Counted from the first letter of the whole stretch, positions 14,001-25,692 are shown. The stretch: 63,255 nucleotides of DNA, filler included, from Collodictyon triciliatum (GCA_043381765.1; 4 parts of 4 records of this genome joined end to end with filler, not necessarily neighbours in it), one strand, 5' to 3'. Notes: generated by a model not told the origin, from the letters alone. Numbers and translations: made by a program.

Positions 14001-15823
14001 CCAACATAAAATAAGCTATCCACGATTCTATCTGGTGACTATGACTTGAAGATTTCCCGACAAAATTACCACACTGAAAAACAAGATAAGGTATGACTAT
14101 GATATTTTAGCTTCATAATGGATTAATCTAGATATTGACTAACCAGAATGTCGGTCCGTGAATGAAAGGTAATAAATATGTTGATTGGACAACAAGCCAG
14201 ACACGTTCTATTTTCTTTGGCGATGCAACAAAGTGGTGGTCATATGCAAATGGTTCAAACTCTGGTCGAAAAAATATCTTCAGAGCTATCTTTGTATCAT
14301 GACTTTCATCAACAAAGAATGGTTTAAATTTTATATCAAGATTCCTATGCACAAAATTAGATTTACAATCTATAAATAATTGACTTTCAACTCTTTCATT
14401 TCTAGTTTCCCCTTTGCTTGACTTAAATTCCCAAAAAAAAATATCCTCATTTCAAGGAATACGTTTACTATTTTTACTTATTATTCCTTACATATTCGAA
14501 GTTTGTATATATAATGTGAATATGCTTCACAGATTGTTGGACAAAGAATTTCAGCTCCCAATCAACAACAGCAGCGTAAAACGATAGATTCTAAGGATTA
14601 TCTATCATACGCACTGCACACCATTCTTCACGGTCGTGTTGGTGGGATTGAATTTCCTTGCTCATCATAAATTAGTTTAACCATTAAAAAATGAATTATA
14701 TAATGTAAATAAAAAAGAATTCCTTTTTGTAAATATCTAGCTGGATGAATTAATCTCTTTTTTTTTATTTTACCAATTAAGCTGTTTCTGGTTTATGATT
14801 GATATCGTTTTTGTTTGCCATAGAATCGGACGTCCCATTCATTAGGCTGGATGCAGCATCAGCAAAATCTTCTCAGATTGGAGAGGAAATTCGCACTGTT
14901 GAGAGAAACCGCGGATTAATCCACTCTGAATTCGAAAGGATGGTTACCACGATGTATATATTTTTTTATTTTGATTTATTTTTAAAATAAAGAAAATATT
15001 GATTACCCTTGTTATTTTTATTTGCTTTTATATCAGAAATTGAGTTGTCATTTTAATTCATCCTACGTGCAAACAGCGAAGAATCAGTTTCATCACTCAG
15101 AAAAATGTATAACCAATGTGGTAAATCGTCTGACGGGCAATCACCTATTGAAGTTACTCTTTATGAAATTAATTGCATCAAAATCGACAACACAATAATG
15201 ATGATGATAATAATAATTTTGTTTTATATTGAAAGGAAGGGCCTCTTTCTCAAAGCTAAATAAATTTTTGTTTCTATTTTCTGTGTTACATTAAATATTA
15301 TTAGTATTGTTATTGTTATTGTTGTTATTATTATGATGATTATTATATCCTCGCACAGGAGCTCAAGAAGGAACATCAGAAGCTTTCGTCGAGCCTTGGC
15401 AGTCTCAGCGACGTACTCAACTCACTAATTGAAGAAAGAAGCTCCCTCCTTCAAGTATGTGCATCCAATTCGTTGCATGGTATCGCCATCATAACACTAC
15501 CTCCCTTCTGTAGGATATCCAGCGCTGGCCGAAGGAACAACGCGACGAACGCAAGCTCTATGTCCAATTCTTTCTTGCACCCGATCATCTCCGTGCCTCT
15601 GTCGGTGAACTAGAGCGAAGGGTTTGTTGAGAAAGTGTTCTCTCTTCTTTGTCTTTGTCTTTGTCTTTGTCTTTGTCTTTGTCTTTGTCTTTGTCTTTGT
15701 CTTTGTCTTTGTCTTTGTCTTTGTCTTTGTCTTTGTCTTTGTCTTTGTCAATCGGCTGCACATAGTTGTCTGACCGCAAGTCGTAAATAGGTTGCTGCGC
15801 TCAATCCGTCAAAAGCGCAGTAG
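11020..15823 (+). CDS. HAUS3: HAUS augmin-like complex subunit 3, multi-exon
   Basis: Spliced N-terminus LQSIG|FPTKIRGEQLEWVNDEPNLRVFLQSL..SQNSILS matches the HAUS3 pattern (LKKIGYP..GEDFDW..FLKWF..QNVLS). Also AYLQKQFHQ, ILSGDYDLKISRQNYH and the C-terminal ERKLYVQFF. Stop TAG at 15821-15823. Confidence 0.85.
11768..12137. repeat. (TTC)n / (TTCTAC)n microsatellite spanning an N gap, intronic in HAUS3
   Basis: Directly visible. Confidence 0.95.
15648..15748. repeat. (TTTGTC)n intronic microsatellite
   Basis: Directly visible in the last HAUS3 intron. Confidence 0.95.
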
Positions 15824-17548
15824 CAGATGGAGTAGCTGCACAATGAACAATTAAAAAAAAACAATACCCCTACCCATCCATAGATTTATGTTAAATCTGT
15901 ATCTTCATTCTATCCCATACATAAATTTGGTGAGTCTGTTTGTTTGTGCACATGTTCGCGCGAATGTAAATTTCCTGGGTTGATGGGAATTAAATGAAAA
16001 TACTAAATCTGTAATTTCCAAAGTCTAAATTCCAAATCTGTAAAATAAATGTAAACTTATATTCATCACACTGGGAGAGACTAAATTGATAGAAGCAACA
16101 TGAAAAAACGCAATTAATAAGAAAAAAATGTCCTTTGTTGAAAAATAACCCACTGAGAGAAAAAGGACACATTCTCTGGTAAATAATATCAACGCACTGG
16201 AGTTCTTTCCTTCTTTCTCCCAACCCCACCACGCTCTGAAGCCGGAGAAAAAAAAACAAAAAAACACACAAGCGATCGGAAAGAGCGATCCTGGGAAGGA
16301 CGAGACCGTCTACCAGGAGACCAACGCCACAGCCCTGCCCCATGGAACGCCCACTGACCGCACGCAAACCGAGAGGGCCGATGCAGCCAGTGCAGAGAGC
16401 GAAAAGGTCACTTTACTACATCCCTTGCAACACAGGTTATGCACCGAGACACACCGACGATCAAGACGCCAGCTGCCACCGACCCGTGAGTGCAACAAGC
16501 TAATAATAAGACAGAGCGAGCTCTTCGAATAAAGGAAAAAAAAAAAAAGACAGAGCGAGCTCTTTGAAAGAAAGAATAATAATGAAGGGAATAAAAAAAA
16601 AGGCTGAAAGGCTCAAGCCACCGACCCACGGGTAGCAAGATAAGTATGAATATATCACTTATCATAAGTTGCTCTGACTCGTTTATCTTCTCTTTTTTCT
16701 TTTTCTTCTTTTTCTTCTTTTTCTTCTTTTTCTTCTTTTTCTTCTTTTTCTTCTTTTTCTTTTCTCTTTTTCTCTTTTTCTCTTTTTCTCTTTTTCTCTT
16801 TTTCTCTTTTTCTCTTTTTCTCTTTTTCTCTTTTCCTCTTTTTTCTCTCCTTCGGTCTCATTCAGCCTGTAAATGGATAAACTTCATTACAAAGGATGTG
16901 AAGAACTTGGTTTTATCCCTTTCAAGGCACAACACTTTTTATGTGACGAAAGTCCAAGGCATATGGCAGTTTATTGCACATACAACCATGGAATTAAATC
17001 TGAGTTGAAGAAAGCAGGAGCTTTGATGAATCCAAGAAGGAACCTGAATAATACAACAGTATGATTAGTATATATAATATGGTTAAAAATACTTAATAAT
17101 CTCATTCTGTTGCTATAACCAATTTATATTTTATTTTTATATGTGTAATATCATTCAAATTGAAAGATTACAAACAAGCTGTTGCCTTGGCCCAGACAGA
17201 ACCCACCCTATAAACCTGCCACCAACATGAATTCCAAAAAAGCATACTATTCACACTTGCGGTGGTAATCATGTTGTTTGGGCCGATATGTTGACTTTCA
17301 GTCGCAATGGCCGTATGGCCGTCCTTTCGAACTCGCCGAATCAGCTCTCATCGTTTTGTCTCAAAATACTTATAAAAAACTATGTGAGTTTGTTTGCCGC
17401 AATGCGCACATTTTGAGAGTCTCGGTAGATGCTTAATTTTACCTGAATTGATTTTATGCATTTTATTTTTATTTATTTATTAAATTGACTGTTTTACTAA
17501 AGTTTTATTAAAATTGAAAACTCGGTAGTTTTCTAAAGGAAAAAGTAA

Positions 17549-19424
17549 AACAAAGACTTTCAGACTAAGAATAGAAAATGTCTTGAGTTTGAGAGTCTAA
17601 ACTCTGTAAAACCAGACTACCGAAATGTGAAAACGTCTCCAAAGTCGATTGTAAAGAATGCGGATGACTATTACAAAATCAACGATACGGTTTTATTGTG
17701 TCATTTTTGGTTACCGAGACTTGTCTGTTTGCAAGATGTTACATATTGAAATCACAAAACTCACAACAATCGATGAAATGATTATTCATTTATTTTTTTG
17801 TACGCTTTAAAGATAGTCGGAGTAGTTTCACAAGATAGACCCGCAAGATTAAAAAAAAAAAAAACAACCATTTACGAGTAAAGATATGATGACTTTTTAT
17901 CTCCATGATTTTCGATTCCTTTTGTCCCGAAAAGAACGCTTTCCGTTGGTTGGACTCTCTCATGTATCACCGTACTTGGCGAAGCAAATATTCACAGCTT
18001 ATCATAATAACATTAAGGGGCAATTTGTAAAGAGGCTAATGCGCTTTACAAATCAAACAGTTCCTAAAGATGAGAATACTATGGAAGCTATTAAAAAGGC
18101 AGAGTTACAAAAGTTAAAAAAGCCACCTTCGAGAAACTCCAAATACCAAAACAATATAAAGAATGGGATATAATGCATTTGCATCGTATCATTCCCAGCG
18201 GTATTGAAAAAGGTATCGAATTTGACGTCAAAGTCAATCCAAATAAGTACATTCCATGTCTGATTTACATGAAACACATTTTTGAGAACATTGTAGCCAA
18301 ACAGTTTCAACCAATCCCCATAAGAACTAATAATATACCATGCATATTACTCTAGATACTGCATGTTTGATAGGTCTATTAGTATCAACTGGAAAAAATT
18401 ATTACTGAAGAATATATCAGGATGCAAAGAGACACTATGGGATAAGTTCTTTGAAATGAAGAAGAGGGTTTTCATCAAACAGACTACAATTTTAAATACA
18501 TGATACAAACAGACGGGTTGGCAGTGTCATTATTGTTTGAAAAGAAAGGTATTACAAATTCAAAAATCCAAATATAACCAAAAAAACCAAGAATATGTTT
18601 ATATAGGTGAGCTTTCCGAAGAGCAGCTATCTTTATTAGCGACAAAAAAATAGTTGGAGTGGACGCAGGCAAGTTTAATTTTGTTTACATGGTGGATGAG
18701 ACAGGTAAGAAATACGCTACACGGCACACCAAAGAAGACATGATAGCGAATCTCTTAAAAATCACAAAATACTCTTGCGTGAGAAAGAAAGGTAGATGCT
18801 TCAGGGATATCTATGGCAACATATATTTACAAAGTGCTGTTTCTTTTGGTCACAGGACTTTTGAAGAGAATCAGCAGTTTGAGACATCAAGAGTATATTT
18901 AATCGATTTAGAGACATAACTGAGTAAACATAATTCATGCTCGGTCGATTATGAAAAATTTTTGAAAATGTGTATCTTTGAAATCAAGATACCAGATAGA
19001 ATTATCCAGATTTTATGTACAAGGAACTTTTCGAAAGATGAGATGGGACATTATGGAAATACGAAAAGAAGTGAACAATTGTTTATGGATCGAATTGTAA
19101 AGACATTTGGCAAGGATGTTGTACTGGTGTATGGAAACTGGAGCAGAAAATCTCGATGAAACATTTTATGCCAACAATTGGAAGGGGATTACAAAAAATA
19201 CTACTGAATCGTTTTGAAGCAATTATTGTAAATGAATTTGGAACCTCCAAGATGTGCTGTATCTGCGAAAAAGAACTGGAATATATGAAACTGAACGGAA
19301 ATTCAAGAAAAAAGTGTATATGTGTCACATATGTAAAGTATGCATTCGCTCAGAAAGCAAACAAAGTATATTCTTGACAAGGGACTTTAACAGCGCTAAT
19401 AATATACACAAGAAAGTTCTTTAA
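17549..19424 (+). pseudogene. Fanzor1 (TnpB/Cas12-family RNA-guided endonuclease), intronless, multiple frameshifts and stops
   Basis: Motifs in order across frames: VKTSPKSIVK..INDTV, YHNNIKGQF..RF.N, FQPIPIRTNNIP..ILLD, YMIQTDGLAVSLLF (~18500-18540), RuvC-I IVGVDAG (D 18662-18664), VLVYGNWS (~19120-19144), RuvC-II VNEFGTSK (E 19234-19236), Zn ribbon CCIC (19255-19266) and CKVC (19332-19343), RuvC-III TRDFNSANNI (D 19383-19385). Stop at 19422-19424. Confidence 0.9.
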
Positions 19425-19477
19425 AATTCTTCAAAAAAACAAAAAAACAAAAAAAAACATACGCCTCCTTAAAAAAT

Positions 19478-19598
19478 AGGCTGTTGGGTCATTCCTGGCA
19501 GCCTTCACCACTACACGATCTTTGTGAAAAAAGCGGTGAGACCTTGGATACTAGCGCTCCAGGTTTCACCAATCGAAAGATTGGTATGCCCCTTCTAG
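19478..19598 (+). ncRNA. Candidate Fanzor omegaRNA scaffold (guide would be the flank starting ~19599)
   Basis: Four consecutive hairpins: 19478-19504, 19505-19539, 19540-19565 and 19568-19585 (GAAA tetraloop). Loop TACTAG (19549-19554) is complementary to CTAGTA (19595-19600). Position is immediately 3' of the Fanzor ORF. Confidence 0.7.
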
Positions 19599-19699
19599 TA
19601 TATATAAACTATAAAATAATATAATAGGAGAAAACGAAAACGAAAGTGCAAATAAAAGAAGGCAGCTAGGCAAGGCAAGGCAAGTACAGTATATTGCAC

Positions 19700-21972
19700 A
19701 TGCGGCGGCTGCTCCTGGCGTGTCTCGCTGCTGGGCTTTTTGTTGTGGTGTCTTACAACATCCTCGGATCCGCCGAAAGTATGAAGCAGCCCACCCGACA
19801 TATCCTTCGCTGTGCGCATCGTGGCTTTCGCTCACGCGCACCCGAAAACACTCTCGTGTCATTTCAACAGGCACTCAAAGCCGGAGTTGACTGTCTCGAG
19901 TTGGATGTGGTTCTGACTGGTGATGGTATTGTTGCAGTGGCACATCCAAAGACCTTCGACGAGATTGTGAGGGCCTTTTTGTTTAGCACTTAAGCTCTAC
20001 TCATTCTCAAGTATCACTTTTTGGGTGTTTTTTCTTCTCAGTGAATACACGCTTCATATTTATTTATTCTTTATATGTTGTCTTGATGATTTATTTTTCA
20101 TCTTTATTCTTCATTAATACTTTAATATTAATTCTTTATATGGTCAGTTCGTGAACCCATCTATCTATTATGTATGTGAAAACCGAGAAGAGAAGCAGAG
20201 GAATGTATGGATACCAAGCTTTACCTCATAACTTGTTGCTGAGCTTGCTATAGGTGCTCGGACACTATCGTGTGAACGACTCGATTCATTTGATGGCGTA
20301 CGATGTCGCTCGCAAATACGACATGGGTCCACCATTTGACTGTAAAAAAGAGGCTTATTTGGACACACTGGAGAGAGTTATCAGCGCACTAACGGATAAA
20401 AAATCAAATCTGGATGTTGTTTTATTGATAGAGTTGAAACCTCGCACGGTGAGTTGGTTCATGTATTCTGTCTCTTATGTTCTCCTCTCTATCATTCATG
20501 CAATATCATATCTCCCACATAAATATGTATGTTGTTTTTAACGAAAATATCGTTGCGACTAAATGACCATTTTGCATCATATTTAAGTAGCGTACTTTTA
20601 TCTATTTTTTTTATTGGGCACGTTTTTGGCTCTAAAGACCTTGATTTGGCATTAATTTTAATCGCATTCATTTTGAATCGAATAAAGGGAAAATTGAATC
20701 GCATTCATCACATTTCATCATATTACGAGCAAAAGTTAAAAAAATTAAACGAACATGTATATTGTTTTTTAGGATTCTTCCGATGCTGAAAATCTTGTCG
20801 AAAAGGTTGTTCAGTCAATTCAAAGATTCAGTTGCTACAATCGTTGTTTCCTGTCTTCTTACGACCATTGTAAATTTTGAATGAATCGAATGAGTCGTAA
20901 ATAACACACTCTAATATCTTCTATTTGTAAAAAAAAAAAAAACCCCCATCACCCACTGGATAATATAATGAGATACTTTCTAAAATATATAGTTATTTAT
21001 TTCATGATTATTATGATTATTATGATTATTATGATTATTATGATTATTATGATTATGATGATTATGATGATTATGATGATTATGATGATTATGATTATTG
21101 TTATGCATTCAATATGTGCAAGATGGTGGGGTTTTGCGTTTAGTTATCTAGCCTTCTGCGAAATTTTCTAATTTATATCATCCCAGCTATGATACAAAAG
21201 GTCAAGGATTTGGATAGTAGAATTCATTGGGGTTACATTTTGGGCGACTATACAAATACCCCCTCAGAAGTTGTCAAGCTTTTAGACAAAGAATGCAGGT
21301 TAGAGAAATATTACCTCTTATATATATATAATTACTTCATCTGTTCAATATATTTTTTAAATAATTTTTTTTTGCTTTATTTTGTGGTCAATTCATTAAT
21401 CCTGACATACCCATCTTCATTTACTGAAGATGTGTTGGATATGAATTTTCCGCTTAAAATTGTTCCCTTCCACAAGAAATAATTAACAAATAAATAAATC
21501 ATACATGGCAGGAACGGATGCCCTTTTGATGCGATATTTATTCAATACAACCTCCTGGTTAGCAGTGTGGTCTGGAATCTACAAAAGCAGTGAGTGTAAA
21601 TAAATGCTTCAAAATGAAATGTACTTGTTTCAAATAACTTATCTATAAAGCCCGATGCTTTTATACTTAAACGTATGTGTTAAATGCAGCAACATTTGGA
21701 CGTTTACTTGGACAGCCGATGATGAAAATGTGATAAGAAACATAGCCACCATGGCAGTAGATGGTTTGTTGGGCTCTATATAGTCTCTTCCGGAATCTAT
21801 TAGTTGAAACCATCGTGTCATCCAATCTTTCCATGTTTTTTTTAACATCCCTTGCTGCTTTATTTATTCATCTTTCTGCCATCATGTATTCACGTCATAT
21901 TCCCTCTTTGGTACAGGTATTGTGTCTAATGACCCAGAGACTCTTGTTCGAGTTATCAATAGCGAGAAGTGA
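19700..21972 (+). CDS. Glycerophosphodiester phosphodiesterase (GDPD/UgpQ-like) with N-terminal hydrophobic segment, multi-exon
   Basis: CAHRG..APENTL..F..A..G.D.LELDV..T.DG...V.H, LLIELK, SSYDH, then AVDG|IVSNDP near the C-terminus. Stop TGA at 21970-21972. Confidence 0.92.
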
Positions 21973-22400
21973 CCACACGGGCATTTAATTGGTGCCAACT
22001 TTAGATTCAGATCCATGCGGGATATATATTTGCTCATAAATATAACCACCATTCGCTCTAAATGAATCGTAGAGGTTCCTTCAAATTGATATAATGCATC
22101 TTAGGCCATCAATTTTAGATCAACAACCCAAAGTATGGACATTCAAAAAATATTAATGAATGTCTTTGAAGCAGAATAAATAAACAAAAATGTATCTTTT
22201 GAGATGGACTGGGCTTTCCATAAAATATTCCCGTCGTGTGAAACTATGTTCTAAGAGAAAGAGGAGCCAAAAATAAAATAGAAGCTTTTAACGGTTATCA
22301 TATATGTGTGTTTTACAAGAATTCATGTGGTGGTTCACAAAGTGAGACTTTATTGTTTGGTTATGCTTCCATAATTTTTTTTGTGGCATTTAGAATTTGC

Positions 22401-22582
22401 TCATTTGTTGTGGTCGGCGATGAGCTTATCCAAGTTTGTGTCAAACAGTTCACAGCGGCAAGGCATGTCAAGGACGTAGTACGGATTCTACCCATTTTTT
22501 TTTTTAAAAAAAACAGTGTTTTATTGAGAAAATTCACCACGGATAGTATCCTCTCACTATACATATTCTTTTTTCGTATGAT

Positions 22583-22663
<81 letters not shown>

Positions 22664-23502
22664 AGCTTGAATTTGAGTGAGTACCTTCAATACGTAATCT
22701 GAGAAAACTTCGTAGACAGAGTGCAACACTACATCAAGGTTCGAATGATTCAAGTCTGCGATGATGTAAAACTTTGTTCCTAGAAAATAGATAGTGGATG
22801 ACCGAAGGAATTACATCTTTATCTACTTACAAGCATACAATGAAGAGCATTTCATAAGGTTTCAGTAGAAGGCAATTTTGATTTCCAGCGGCACCTGTTG
22901 GACACTCGAACGACTGTAGTCTGAACATGTCTGTCTCGAGGCTGATGATTCCAGATGATGGCCCAACCGGAGATATTTTGCTTGTGATTGTGTGGAGGCC
23001 GTGGAAGGTGGAGGCGAGTCGCATGGATTCGTTGACAGAGTTGCGCGGTGCGTTTGTGAACTCCTTTTTGTTTGGCGTGTCGGTACGTTGAAAGGGATGT
23101 CCGTGAGCAAAAAGTTCAAGAGTATACATAAAACATATGTGAATAATCATAATTACTGATTTGACTTTGATTATTATTGTTATTATTATGATTATGATTA
23201 TTATTTTGAAACATGCCTGTTGGTAGATCATGCCACCTTGACAATAAGAGCGGTGGGGTTAAGGGACAGGAAAGAGATTAGCAGGAGAGAAGGAAAGATA
23301 ATGAATAAAGGGAAAAAACAGGAGAAAAGAAAAGATAAAAACGTCGCATATGCCAGGAGATTCCAAAAAATATCAAATGGAAATTATAGCGGTTCATTCT
23401 GTCTGGAAAAGGGCAAGGCGTTTCTGATGGCTTAGAGGTTGAAAGTTGCAGAAGAAGGCGGTTACCGCTTTTGTTGATGACGTATAGCGAATAGATCGTC
23501 AT
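22401..23502 (-). CDS. TRAPPC4: Trafficking protein particle complex subunit 4 (Trs23/synbindin)
   Basis: MTIYSLYVINKSG|GMIYQQ|EF..NESMRLASTFHGLH..SGI..LETD.FRL..F...TG|TKF..VYEVFSDYVLK|NPYY.LDMP.RCELFD. Confidence 0.95.
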
Positions 23503-23861
23503 ACTTTGGAGGCCTGCGATGTGTTAAGGGGTCAGAGAGGAATGAGCAGGTTGCAAGAATTCACTAAGAGACGAGTTTTAGATAAACAAATCTTCTGGTG
23601 GTTGGGCTTGGGCTTGCGTCTAAAGCTCTTTTGCCGTGTCCGGCAACTCTGAACGAGGGTTTTAGATTGGTTGGATCGACGAGCCAGAAAGTAACAAAAA
23701 AACTCAACACATATATTTTCCAGAATTATTTTTTACATGTGGAATTTATATCTTCATTTACTCCCAAGCTCTTTTTTGCGGTTGGTTTCCAGCTTGTCAC
23801 TTTATGCACCAAACCAAATTGCCTGGAGGGAAATCGCAGGTCTGGCTTTTGCAAGGCAGAA

Positions 23862-25392
23862 CTAGTGATGGCCGCCATGCGAAGATTCCGATCGAAGTCG
23901 GATAGGAGTCTTGAGTACGTACATCCCTTCATCGGAAAGCTCCAAAACGATGATGGCGCAGTTACCCGGATTGCAGAGGTCGTGAAACTTCTCGACAGAC
24001 CAGCGAAAGTACCGCATTAGAAAGAGACGGATAAAGAGGCTATGCGTAATGAGAACAGCAGCGTCTGAGCGTGTCTATTTCAAGTGGGATTGTTTTGATT
24101 TAGAGAGAAAGAAAAAAGACTTCATTTTGTATTGACCATACAAATGCTTTAAAATCATGTTAAGTATATATTAAAATTGCGCAGGTCGTTACATTACGTA
24201 TAATAAGATTATAATATAGAATATGAGGAAAATGCTATGTTTTCTTACTGATCCGACAAATTCCCGAAAGAGTGATTCTAGGAAGCTGGAGGCTCTGTCG
24301 TAAACATCAGCTCCTGACTCACCACTTGGAAATCGGTAGTAAAAGGCACCAATATTGGCGGATGAGATATAGATTTGAATCTGGACCCAATGTATAGCAA
24401 TCACACAGTTAAAGTCTAGAGATAATTGAAACTCAAACTACCTTGTCTCTTTCTTTGTGCAGCGCCTCGTATCCCTCTGCTACTTGCAGATTTCCCCATT
24501 CTTGCTCCCGAATGCGAGGCTCGATTCGGACACGATGATTCCTCTCTCCAAATGACAGCACAATATTTTCGTAAGTCTAAAAAAAAAAAAAAGAAAGAAA
24601 GGTACATTAGTGCGGCTGCTGTGTACTATTGAGACAATACTGTGAGTCGTAAATATTCAACAAATGATATAAAGTCGATGATATGTAATACTGCCAATTA
24701 AAAGGCAAAATATTTTGAATTTTCCATCTTATAAACAGGGGAGTATATTATTTATATAAAGTACCATGACTGTTCTCCTGAACGGAGAGACATAAAAAAG
24801 AACTTTCCCGTCCCCTACAATTGATTTTAATGTTTCCCCAGCCACCCTATGATAATTAAATCGCAGTCAGAATTTAGCGGTCCAATGAAGATATCCCTCT
24901 AGTCTTTGCAAAAAGATCGCATCAGAAGAGCCCAACAACTTTGAGCTTAATTAAACAGTAGTATTCTACTTGGCCTGCCCGATTCCATTTTCAGTCAAAC
25001 CTATCTTGTTATCCGGAGTATTGAAATAAATGGATGAGTCTACGTTTGCTTCCGACTCACCGTGCCTGATCAGAATCAGATGTTTCGGCATCCTCTTTAA
25101 ATCAATATTGGGATAAAAAAACTAATTTTTAACATGTAGATAACAAGAAACCCAGCGAATTAGAATCACTCCAAAACTCGGTTTATGAAGTAAAATTGAA
25201 AATCGTGAATAAATGAAATTTATGCCGATATACAACACATACTTTCTTCTTGGCCATTGTATTTTCACGGTCCATGTACTGGAAAAAAGAGCGTCTTAAT
25301 GGAGGGACAAACATGGTTGCCACCGCGAATGCCCCAACTCCCGCAAGAACCGGAACGGCAATTCTCGTCACATTGGCAATGATGGACTCCAT
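23862..25392 (-). CDS. Histidine phosphatase superfamily protein (phosphoglycerate mutase-like, DET1/AT74-like) with N-terminal TM anchor
   Basis: LIRHGESEAN, LTENG..QA, EPRIREQEWGN, FYYRFPSGESGADVYDR, VLITHS.FIRLFLMRYF.WSVE.F. Stop TAG at 23862-23864. Confidence 0.92.
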
Positions 25393-25437
25393 CCTACTTA
25401 TAAGATTATTCCTGTTTTAACAGGTTTTAAATTGTAT

Positions 25438-25648
25438 TTGTTTTTGTGTTTTTGTGTTTTTGTGTTTTTGTGTTTTTGTGTTTTTGTGTTTTTGTGTTTT
25501 TGTGTTTTTGTTTTGTTTCTTTGTTTTTTATGTTTTTTTGTTTTTTGTTTTTTGTTTTTTGTTTTTTGTTTTTTGTTTTTTGTTTTTTGTTTTTTTTTGT
25601 TTTTTTGTGTTTTGTGTTTTTTGTGTTTTTTGTGTTTTTTGTGTTTTT
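25438..25648. repeat. (TTTTTGTG)-type microsatellite next to a gap
   Basis: Directly visible. Confidence 0.9.
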
Positions 25649-25692
25649 NNNNNNNNNNNNNNNNNNNNNNNNNNNNNNNNNNNNNNNNNNNN

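Larger units (their letters stand above)
17187..19598 (+). mobile_element. Non-autonomous Fanzor-carrying element with Helitron-like 3' end; left boundary uncertain
   Basis: Fanzor1 pseudogene plus a terminal hairpin ACCAATC-GAAA-GATTGGT (19568-19585) followed by CTAG (19595-19598) then T. No transposase or Rep-helicase visible. The left coordinate is only a guess at a structured island. Confidence 0.55.

Noticed and set aside
16500-16640. Short direct repeats (AAGACAGAGCGAGCTCTT twice; GCCACCGACCC twice) as a CRISPR-like array next to Fanzor
   Set aside because: Only two copies each, with low-complexity spacing and no regular repeat-spacer periodicity.
17510-17517. AAAATTGA (Mimivirus early-promoter-like) upstream of Fanzor
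   Set aside because: The same octamer occurs at several unrelated places in this AT-rich window, and no viral core genes are present.
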